A stretch of 6,279 nt of DNA. It comes from a virus (Duplodnaviria; Heunggongvirae; Uroviricota; Caudoviricetes). Shown one piece after another: positions 1-5,855 of this stretch. Position numbers and translations under genes: made by a program. The stretch is taken from IMG/VR virus record IMGVR_UViG_2681813262_000009; one strand, 5' to 3'. How positions within the stretch are numbered: the first letter of the stretch is position 1; each line of letters begins with the position of its first letter. The notes under the pieces are model-generated. The model was not told where the DNA came from. It did not search any database and saw only the letters and a program-made list of their open reading frames with translations.

Positions 1-29
1 CAACTGGATATTTTTACAGTATTAAGCAT
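1..29 (-). CDS. 5' end (first ~9 codons, MLNTVKISS...) of a DNA methyltransferase gene; the gene body continues leftwards beyond the window
   Basis: Bases 1-29 are identical to 4063-4091, which is the N-terminus of the 3462..4091 minus-strand ORF carrying a DPPY motif. Whether this copy is intact cannot be seen. Confidence 0.5.
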
Positions 30-61
30 GGATCATTAAGCCTGTCTCTGATAGGCTCATT

Positions 62-80
62 CTGCTTTTGCGCAAAGCAG
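62..80. promoter_or_regulatory. Imperfect palindrome ctgcttttgcgcaaagcag about 35-50 bp upstream of the methyltransferase start; possible operator
   Basis: 7-bp arms ctgcttt/aaagcag around a tgcgc core, seen in the sequence. Function is inferred only. Confidence 0.2.
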
Positions 81-121
81 TGGGCCTGAGGTTTGCTTGT
101 GAACCCAACGCATGAGCAGAT

Positions 122-152
122 GGCTGGTGGGTGCCCCTAACACCCACCAGCC
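122..152. repeat. Perfect 12-bp inverted repeat with 7-nt loop (ggctggtgggtg-cccctaa-cacccaccagcc)
   Basis: Exact reverse-complement arms seen in the sequence. No U-tract follows on either strand, so it is not a classical intrinsic terminator. It lies between the small-ORF terminator and the methyltransferase start. Confidence 0.5.
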
Positions 153-168
153 GCCCATTTACCACAAA

Positions 169-193
169 TAAAAAAGCCTTCACTGCGGAAGGC
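169..193 (-). terminator. Rho-independent terminator after the 65-aa ORF
   Basis: Minus strand reads GCCTTC-CGCAGT-GAAGGC followed by TTTTTTA. The stem contains the ORF stop codon TGA. Confidence 0.55.
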
Positions 194-377
194 GTCTGTA
201 ACAACCGAACTGATAGTCTGCCAGACCCGCCATAACCAGCTGGGTCAGTATTAACTGGCAGCGTTCGCGTGAAAGGTAAGTATTCTGCGCTATCTCCCCG
301 ACTGTCGCCGGTTCGGTAACGCTTAATTCATTAAACACCACTCTGGCGGTTTCTGTCATATCCTGCTGTTTTAGCAT
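180..377 (-). CDS. Hypothetical 65-aa protein, possibly a small winged-helix/HTH-like DNA-binding protein
   Basis: ORF track MLKQQDMTE...RRLPQ. ATG at 375-377 is preceded by AAGGA with ~6-nt spacing. It is identical in both repeat copies and followed by a terminator. The HTH guess rests on the helix-turn-helix-like stretch TVGEIAQNTYLSRERCQLILTQLVMAGL and is inference. Confidence 0.45.
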   Translation of the reverse strand: MLKQQDMTETARVVFNELSVTEPATVGEIAQNTYLSRERCQLILTQLVMAGLADYQFGCYRRLPQ

Positions 378-495
378 GTCTTTTCCTTTTCCGGTTAACG
401 TGACACACCAATAACTCTTGTCGAAAAAGCCAGCAAGCTGAAAGACAGGTATTCACCGCCACCAGCGCGTTTACTGTACTGACGCGATTTCAGTC

Positions 496-521
496 ATAAA
501 AAACCCGCTCGGCGGCGGGTT
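496..521 (-). terminator. tR'-like rho-independent terminator ending a short pR' transcript
   Basis: Minus strand reads AACCCGC-CGCCGA-GCGGGTT followed by TTTTAT, about 65 nt downstream of the predicted pR' start. Confidence 0.65.
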
Positions 522-553
522 GTAGAAACTCTTCTAACGTCAGGCATAAAACG

Positions 554-596
554 CCCATCGTTATGACGAATTTACCACAGATTCCGGAAAAATCAA
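554..596 (-). promoter_or_regulatory. Sigma70 late promoter resembling lambda pR' with a -10-like pause element; the Q-utilisation site is expected here
   Basis: Minus strand: -35 TTGATT (plus 591-596), 16-bp spacer, -10 TAAATT (plus 569-574), 6 nt, then AACGATGGG (plus 562-554). As I recall it, lambda pR' has the same TAAATT -10 followed by AACGATGGG. It sits immediately downstream of the Q-like gene. Confidence 0.6.
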
Positions 597-601
597 CCTT
601 G

Positions 602-1423
602 TTACCTAGTTACCTTTTTTAACTGCCGCTCAGCCCATGCTTCTTCAATATCAAACCGGGTCACCAGCGCATCATAAAATTTCTTAACTGTTTTTTCCCA
701 TGACGCGCGTGTTATCTGGTTTGTCACCTCGCATATAGCATTAAATGCCTCCGTTGATGGTAGTCTTTCATAGCCACGACCACCACAACGCTGGCAGTCT
801 CTGATAACAGGCATACCACGTTTTACCGACTCTTCACGATGAATGGCGACACCACGCCCACGGCAATCCTTACAGGCGGTGGAAACCTCACCCTTTCCGC
901 CACACTCCGGACAGGCAACTTTTACCACCTCCCTGACTTTTTTCCATTCTTCCCAGTAAGACGGATACACACCTTTCGTACACTTTGCCCATACCGGCGG
1001 CTTACCATCCGGATACTGGACCTTGTTTGTAAAAACTACGCTTTCAATAAATTTTTCCCCATAGCAACAAGGGCACTGCTTTTTACTCGCTGCGCTGCGG
1101 GCATAATCCTCAAAAGCGTACGAAGCCATAATGCGCATCACTACCGGTTTTATTTCTGCCGGAAGTTTTCTCAACGCCGCCACACGATCGCACCGACTGA
1201 GTGCATAATCTGCCAGTAATTCTGTTGCCCGCGCCCTGTCATTCATACTGATGCCCATTTTCCCCAGGAACGCAGAAAACCCCATCTCAGCCCGATTCTG
1301 TGTCATGCCCTGCGCGGCCATCACATCAGTGATACTCAGCGCATCTTTTGACGTTGAGGCCGATGCATCGGTCAGGCAAGGGGATTTTGGGGAGTAGTAT
1401 TTCGGTAAATCTTCCAGTTTCAT
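602..1423 (-). CDS. Phage antitermination protein Q (long Q family of enterobacterial lambdoid prophages), 273 aa, cysteine-rich
   Basis: ORF track. Position is immediately after rusA and immediately before a pR'-like promoter/terminator. Contains CxxC motifs (CPCC, CPECGGKG, CKDCRGRG, CQRCGGRG) suggesting zinc binding. N- and C-terminal sequence resembles what I recall of prophage Q homologues. Start overlaps the rusA stop (ATGA). Confidence 0.75.
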   Translation of the reverse strand: MKLEDLPKYYSPKSPCLTDASASTSKDALSITDVMAAQGMTQNRAEMGFSAFLGKMGISMNDRARATELLADYALSRCDRVAALRKLPAEIKPVVMRIMASYAFEDYARSAASKKQCPCCYGEKFIESVVFTNKVQYPDGKPPVWAKCTKGVYPSYWEEWKKVREVVKVACPECGGKGEVSTACKDCRGRGVAIHREESVKRGMPVIRDCQRCGGRGYERLPSTEAFNAICEVTNQITRASWEKTVKKFYDALVTRFDIEEAWAERQLKKVTR

Positions 1424-1794
1424 TTTTTGACCTGCTCTTCATGCATTATGGGGTAAATCTTCACCCCCAGACGTCCACCAGATACTGGCTGACCACGAAC
1501 GATATTGATTTCATCAAACTGCTCATCGTCCATTAACACTCCCGCATGTGTCAGTGCATCCAGTGGTGCTTTCAGGATATTGTCCAGGTCACGACGGCGC
1601 TTATCCGGTGGCTCTGCAATAATCTTTATCGCCAGTCTTCCGGACAGGCTTAATTTCAGTCGCTGCTGACGGACAATAAGCGCCACATCCCGGCGATAAC
1701 GCTCACCGGCTTTTGATACAAAATATGTGTTGTCACGACGTCGCCAGTAAGTATTCACCGTCGGCGGATAAGGTAAAATAAACTCATGGCGCAT
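1420..1794 (-). CDS. rusA: RusA-family Holliday-junction resolvase (crossover junction endodeoxyribonuclease), 124 aa
   Basis: ORF track. The motif PDKRRRDLDNILKAPLDALTHAGVLMDD matches the conserved RusA catalytic region (PDRRRRDLDN...DAL). Translationally coupled to both neighbours. Confidence 0.85.
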   Translation of the reverse strand: MRHEFILPYPPTVNTYWRRRDNTYFVSKAGERYRRDVALIVRQQRLKLSLSGRLAIKIIAEPPDKRRRDLDNILKAPLDALTHAGVLMDDEQFDEINIVRGQPVSGGRLGVKIYPIMHEEQVKK

Positions 1795-2051
1795 CAGCGC
1801 AGCACCTCCTGCACCAGTTTTTCAAACTTTCCGACTCTGGTTTCCAGCTCTGCCACACAGTCCACCAGCTCATCTACTGCTTTCTGTGCGCGATGCTTCG
1901 CCTGCATCAGTTCCCGAAGCGCGGGTACCATATCTTTACGGATAGCGTCTTTTGTTATGCCCGTTTTTTCGAGTTGTTCAGCATGACGCAGCATTTCCTG
2001 CGCGTGTTTACGCAATTGTTCAGGGGTAAAAGTCATTGTCTGGTTGTTCAA
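1794..2051 (-). CDS. Hypothetical phage nin-region protein (85 aa from TTG at 2051, or 80 aa from ATG at 2036), predicted helical
   Basis: ORF track. Stop overlaps the rusA start (TGATG). GGAG lies 9 nt upstream of the TTG. An in-frame stop at 2067-2069 prevents any further upstream extension. Confidence 0.55.
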   Translation of the reverse strand: MNNQTMTFTPEQLRKHAQEMLRHAEQLEKTGITKDAIRKDMVPALRELMQAKHRAQKAVDELVDCVAELETRVGKFEKLVQEVLR

Positions 2052-2171
2052 AAGAAACGCTCCATCTTACTGCTGTCAGTTCGTTTATTACTGTATCTGC
2101 GCGGATTGCCGGGCTTCATGGGAGTGGAAAGCACCCGTGCACTTTCCTGGTCCACAGGCAGAAAATGTCCG

Positions 2172-2212
2172 TAGACTGGCCCCCTGAATCTCCAGACAAC
2201 CAGTATCACTTA
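2172..2212. repeat. IS2 left terminal inverted repeat (IRL)
   Basis: Imperfect match to the reverse complement of 3462-3502 (shared ...TTCCAGACA...TATCACTTA). Confidence 0.85.
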
Positions 2213-2262
2213 AATAAGTGATAGTCTTAATACTAGTTTTTAGACTAGTCATTGGAGTACAG

Positions 2263-2628
2263 ATGATTGATGTCTTAGGGCCGGAGAAACGCAGACGGCG
2301 TACCACACAGGAAAAGATCGCAATTGTTCAGCAGAGCTTTGAACCGGGGATGACGGTCTCCCTCGTTGCCCGGCAACATGGTGTAGCAGCCAGCCAGTTA
2401 TTTCTCTGGCGTAAGCAATACCAGGAAGGAAGTCTTACTGCTGTCGCCGCCGGAGAACAGGTTGTTCCTGCCTCTGAACTTGCTGCCGCCATGAAGCAGA
2501 TTAAAGAACTCCAGCGCCTGCTCGGCAAGAAAACGATGGAAAATGAACTCCTCAAAGAAGCCGTTGAATATGGACGGGCAAAAAAGTGGATAGCGCACGC
2601 GCCCTTATTGCCCGGGGATGGGGAGTAA
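2263..2628 (+). CDS. insC: IS2 OrfA (InsC), 121 aa, HTH transposase N-terminal component
   Basis: ATG at 2263 preceded by GGAG. Protein [29 protein letters not shown]... The ORF track's extended 136-aa start at 2218 is upstream of this site. Confidence 0.9.
2580..2586 (+). other. Programmed -1 ribosomal frameshift heptamer A AAA AAG joining orfA to orfB
   Basis: aaaaaag at 2580-2586 lies in the orfA frame (GCA AAA AAG TGG), and orfB is in the -1 frame overlapping here. This is the classic IS3-family arrangement. Confidence 0.8.
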
Positions 2629-3491
2629 GCTTAGTCAGCCGTTGTCTCCGGGTGTCGCGTGCGCAGTTGCACGTCATTCTCAGACGAACCGATGACTGGA
2701 TGGATGGCCGCCGCAGTCGTCACACTGATGATACGGATGTGCTTCTCCGTATACACCATGTTATCGGAGAGCTGCCCACGTATGGTTATCGTCGGGTATG
2801 GGCGCTGCTTCGCAGACAGGCAGAACTTGATGGTATGCCTGCGATCAATGCCAAACGTGTTTACCGGATCATGCGCCAGAATGCGCTGTTGCTTGAGCGA
2901 AAACCTGCTGTACCGCCATCGAAACGGGCACATACAGGCAGAGTGGCCGTGAAAGAAAGCAATCAGCGATGGTGCTCTGACGGGTTCGAGTTCTGCTGTG
3001 ATAACGGAGAGAGACTGCGTGTCACGTTCGCGCTGGACTGCTGTGATCGTGAGGCACTGCACTGGGCGGTGACTACCGGCGGCTTCAACAGTGAAACAGT
3101 ACAGGACGTCATGCTGGGAGCGGTGGAACGCCGCTTCGGCAACGATCTTCCGTCGTCTCCAGTGGAGTGGCTGACGGATAATGGTTCATGCTACCGGGCT
3201 AATGAAACACGCCAGTTCGCCCGGATGTTGGGACTTGAACCGAAGAACACGGCGGTGCGGAGTCCGGAGAGTAACGGAATAGCAGAGAGCTTCGTGAAAA
3301 CGATAAAGCGTGACTACATCAGTATCATGCCCAAACCAGACGGGTTAACGGCAGCAAAGAACCTTGCAGAGGCGTTCGAGCATTATAACGAATGGCATCC
3401 GCATAGTGCGCTGGGTTATCGCTCGCCACGGGAATATCTGCGGCAGCGGGCTTGTAATGGGTTAAGTGATAACAGATGTCTGGAAATATAG
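2586..3491 (+). CDS. insD: IS2 OrfB (InsD), transposase catalytic (DDE) component, 301 aa; normally made as an OrfAB fusion by frameshifting
   Basis: ORF track [14 protein letters not shown]...[14 protein letters not shown]..., in the -1 frame relative to orfA. Confidence 0.9.
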
Positions 3492-3502
3492 GGGCAAATC
3501 CA
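3462..3502. repeat. IS2 right terminal inverted repeat (IRR)
   Basis: The reverse complement TGGATTTGCCCCTATATTTCCAGACATCTGTTATCACTTA pairs with IRL. Confidence 0.85.
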
Positions 3503-4091
3503 AGGCACTGAACCAGTGCGACACCATGTTTTTCTTTCCTGTGGCATCTGCAATCTGTTTTGCCGTTATCCCCAGGGCCGCGCGCGCATCACGAAAGTAA
3601 GAAATCAGCGGGGCCATCACATGCTGTTTCAGTGCACTGCCCTTCGCCGCATACCCGGCATCTTTCGGACGATACGGCCCCTGATAATGTTCCGCGAACA
3701 GAATGCGCTCTGTGGCGGGGAAATACGCCCGCAGGCTTTCCTTGTTGCATCCGTTCCAGCGTCCGGACGGCTTCGCCCAGATAATATGGTTCAGCACACT
3801 GAAGCGTTCACGCATCATGATTTCGATATCAGATGCCAGGCGATGACCACAGAACAGGTAAAGACTTCCGGCAGGTTTCAGCACCCGCCAGAACTGCGCC
3901 AGACACTGGTCCAGCCACTTCAGGTAATCATCGTCGCCCTTCCACTGGTTATCCCAGCCCTCAGGCTTCACTTTAAAGTACGGCGGGTCCGTGACTATCA
4001 GGTCAACAGAATTTTCGGGTAACGACCGGATAAATTCCAGGCAGTCGGCGTTGATTAACTCGCAACTGGATATTTTTACAGTATTAAGCAT
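3503..4091 (-). pseudogene. Beta-class DNA methyltransferase (N6-adenine/N4-cytosine type, DPPY motif) truncated after codon 196 by IS2
   Basis: ORF 3462..4091 has DLIVTDPPYF at residues 30-39. Only the first 196 codons are non-IS sequence; the last 13 codons and the stop come from the IS2 right end. The C-terminal region expected to bind SAM is absent. Confidence 0.8.
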
Positions 4092-4123
4092 GGATCATTA
4101 AGCCTGTCTCTGATAGGCTCATT

Positions 4124-4142
4124 CTGCTTTTGCGCAAAGCAG
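4124..4142. promoter_or_regulatory. Copy 2 of the imperfect palindrome upstream of the methyltransferase start
   Basis: Identical to 62-80. Confidence 0.2.
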
Positions 4143-4183
4143 TGGGCCTGAGGTTTGCTTGTGAACCCAACGCATGAGCAGAT

Positions 4184-4214
4184 GGCTGGTGGGTGCCCCT
4201 AACACCCACCAGCC
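4184..4214. repeat. Copy 2 of the perfect 12-bp inverted repeat with 7-nt loop
   Basis: Identical to 122-152. Confidence 0.5.
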
Positions 4215-4230
4215 GCCCATTTACCACAAA

Positions 4231-4255
4231 TAAAAAAGCCTTCACTGCGGAAGGC
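4231..4255 (-). terminator. Rho-independent terminator after the 65-aa ORF (copy 2)
   Basis: Identical to 169-193. Confidence 0.55.
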
Positions 4256-4439
4256 GTCTGTAACAACCGAACTGATAGTCTGCCAGACCCGCCATAACCA
4301 GCTGGGTCAGTATTAACTGGCAGCGTTCGCGTGAAAGGTAAGTATTCTGCGCTATCTCCCCGACTGTCGCCGGTTCGGTAACGCTTAATTCATTAAACAC
4401 CACTCTGGCGGTTTCTGTCATATCCTGCTGTTTTAGCAT
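4242..4439 (-). CDS. Hypothetical 65-aa protein (copy 2), identical protein to 180..377
   Basis: Start taken as the ATG homologous to copy 1 (4437-4439). The ORF track's 94-aa form (to 4526) arises only because a 2-bp indel at about 4446 brings an upstream ATG into frame. Confidence 0.45.
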   Translation of the reverse strand: MLKQQDMTETARVVFNELSVTEPATVGEIAQNTYLSRERCQLILTQLVMAGLADYQFGCYRRLPQ

Positions 4440-4558
4440 GTCTTTTTCCCTTTTCCGGTTAACGTGACACACCAATAACTCTTGTCGAAAAAGCCAGCAA
4501 GCTGAAAGACAGGTATTCACCGCCACCAGCGCGTTTACTGTACTGACGCGATTTCAGT

Positions 4559-4584
4559 CATAAAAAACCCGCCAGGCGGCGGGG
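4559..4584 (-). terminator. tR'-like terminator (copy 2) with a different stem-loop sequence
   Basis: Minus strand reads CCCGCC-GCCT-GGCGGG followed by TTTTTTAT. The stem differs from copy 1 but keeps a GC stem plus U-tract. Confidence 0.65.
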
Positions 4585-4617
4585 TGTAAAAAATCTTCTA
4601 ACGTCAGGCATAAAACG

Positions 4618-4660
4618 CCCATCGTTAGAGCAAATTTACCACAGATTCGGGAAAAATCAA
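4618..4660 (-). promoter_or_regulatory. pR'-like late promoter with pause element (copy 2)
   Basis: -35 TTGATT (4655-4660), 16-bp spacer, -10 TAAATT (4633-4638), then AACGATGGG (4626-4618) are all conserved although the surrounding bases differ from copy 1. Confidence 0.6.
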
Positions 4661-4665
4661 CAACA

Positions 4666-5484
4666 CTATCGCGTTACCCTCTTTAACTGCCGCTCCGCCC
4701 ATGCCTCTTCAATGTCAAACCGAACCACCAACGTATCGTAAAAGCGTTTCACTGATTTTTTCCACGTATCAAGCGTGATAGCACTCGTCACTTTGCATAT
4801 GGCATTAAATGCCTCCGTTGATGGCAGCCTTTCACAGCCACGACCACCACAACGCTGGCAGTCTCTGATAACAGGCATACCACGTTTTACCGACTCTTCA
4901 CGATGAATGGCGACACCACGCCCACGGCAATCCTTACAGGCGGTGGAAACCTCACCCTTTCCGCCACACTCCGGACAGGCAACTTTTACCACCTCCCATT
5001 TTTTCCATTCTTCCCAGTAAGACGGATACACACCTTTCGTACACTTTGCCCATACCGGCGGCTTACCATCCGGATACTGGACCTTGTTTGTAAAAACTAC
5101 GCTTTCAATAAATTTTTCCCCATAGCAACAAGGGCACTGCTTTTTACTCGCTGCGCTGCGGGCATAATCCTCAAAAGCGTACGAAGCCATAATGCGCATC
5201 ACTACCGGTTTTATTTCTGCCGGAAGTTTTCTCAACGCCGCCACACGATCGCACCGACTGAGTGCATAATCTGCCAGTAATTCTGTTGCCCGCGCCCTGT
5301 CATTCATACTGATGCCCATTTTCCCCAGGAACGCAGAAAACCCCATCTCAGCCCGATTCTGTGTCATGCCCTGCGCGGCCATCACATCAGTGATACTCAG
5401 CGCATCTTTTGACGTTGAGGCCGATGCATCGGTCAGGCAAGGGGATTTTGGGGAGTAGTATTTCGGTAAATCTTCCAGTTTCAT
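4666..5484 (-). CDS. Phage antitermination protein Q (copy 2), 272 aa; variant allele with a one-residue deletion and a diverged C-terminal ~55 aa
   Basis: ORF track. Identical to copy 1 over most of its length, with KKVREVV changed to KKWEVV and about 12 substitutions in the last ~55 residues. Confidence 0.75.
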   Translation of the reverse strand: MKLEDLPKYYSPKSPCLTDASASTSKDALSITDVMAAQGMTQNRAEMGFSAFLGKMGISMNDRARATELLADYALSRCDRVAALRKLPAEIKPVVMRIMASYAFEDYARSAASKKQCPCCYGEKFIESVVFTNKVQYPDGKPPVWAKCTKGVYPSYWEEWKKWEVVKVACPECGGKGEVSTACKDCRGRGVAIHREESVKRGMPVIRDCQRCGGRGCERLPSTEAFNAICKVTSAITLDTWKKSVKRFYDTLVVRFDIEEAWAERQLKRVTR

Positions 5485-5855
5485 TTTTTGACCTGCCCTT
5501 CAAGCATTATGGGGTAAATCTTCACCCCCAGACGTCCACCAGATACTGGCTGACCACGAACGATATTGATTTCATCAAACTGCTCATCGTCCATTAACAC
5601 TCCCGCATGTGTCAGTGCATCCAGTGGTGCTTTCAGGATATTGTCCAGGTCACGACGGCGCTTATCCGGTGGCTCTGCAATAATCTTTATCGCCAGTCTT
5701 CCGGACAGGCTTAATTTCAGTCGCTGCTGACGGACAATAAGCGCCACATCCCGGCGATAACGCTCACCGGCTTTTGATACAAAATATGTGTTGTCACGAC
5801 GTCGCCAGTAAGTATTCACCGTCGGCGGATAAGGTAAAATAAACTCATGGCGCAT
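5481..5855 (-). CDS. rusA: RusA-family Holliday-junction resolvase (copy 2)
   Basis: ORF track. Differs from copy 1 at two C-terminal residues (PIMLEGQVKK versus PIMHEEQVKK). Confidence 0.85.
   Translation of the reverse strand: MRHEFILPYPPTVNTYWRRRDNTYFVSKAGERYRRDVALIVRQQRLKLSLSGRLAIKIIAEPPDKRRRDLDNILKAPLDALTHAGVLMDDEQFDEINIVRGQPVSGGRLGVKIYPIMLEGQVKK

Larger units (their letters stand above)
1..2218. repeat. Copy 1 of a large direct repeat (prophage segment plus IS2 left end); partner at 4063-6279
   Basis: Direct comparison: 1-378 is identical to 4063-4440, and about 1451-2218 is identical to about 5512-6279. Differences are confined to about 378-1450. Confidence 0.95.
2172..3502 (+). mobile_element. 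IS2 (IS3 family), complete 1331-bp copy
   Basis: Left end TAGACTGGCCCCCTGAATCTCCAGACAACC... and right end ...TGGAAATATAGGGGCAAATCCA. Two overlapping ORFs encode InsC and InsD with an A AAA AAG frameshift site. Length is 1331 bp. Confidence 0.95.

Noticed and set aside
30-180. Possible tRNA gene between Q and the downstream genes, as found in some lambdoid and Stx phages
   Set aside because: No cloverleaf, no T-loop GTTCRANYC-like motif, and the only hairpin has a 12-bp stem incompatible with a tRNA arm.
22-204. 60-aa minus-strand ORF (MLQTPSAVKAF...) and its copy at 4084..4266
   Set aside because: It overlaps the terminator hairpin, the 12-bp inverted repeat and the 3' end of the 65-aa ORF, and has no ribosome-binding site. 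The region is better explained as a structured leader.
839-1219. 126-aa plus-strand ORF and other plus-strand ORFs (1348..1536, 1786..1986, 1893..2174, 2036..2221) with their copy-2 equivalents
   Set aside because: They are antisense to the translationally coupled Q, rusA and hypothetical genes, have low-complexity composition and no ribosome-binding sites. They are shadow ORFs.
2218-2262. N-terminal extension of InsC in the ORF track (136 aa starting MIVLILVF...)
   Set aside because: The ATG at 2263 has a GGAG ribosome-binding site and gives the 121-aa OrfA; the extension starts upstream of that site and is an ORF-finder artefact.
2088-2306. 72-aa minus-strand ORF spanning the IS2 left junction
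   Set aside because: It is a hybrid reading frame made of 45 codons of IS2 antisense sequence plus 28 codons of flank. At most the last 28 codons are a remnant of a disrupted upstream gene, which I cannot support.
2328-3062. Minus-strand ORFs inside IS2 (2328..2555, 2398..2598, 2631..3062) and the plus-strand ORF 2659..2952
   Set aside because: They are antisense to or out of frame with insC/insD within a well-characterised IS and are not credible genes.
3516-4022. 168-aa and 74-aa plus-strand ORFs
   Set aside because: They are antisense shadows of the methyltransferase coding region.
4440-4526. Extended 94-aa version of the small ORF in copy 2
   Set aside because: The upstream extension exists only because a 2-bp indel shifts an upstream ATG into frame. 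The homologous ATG at 4437-4439 with its ribosome-binding site is the parsimonious start.
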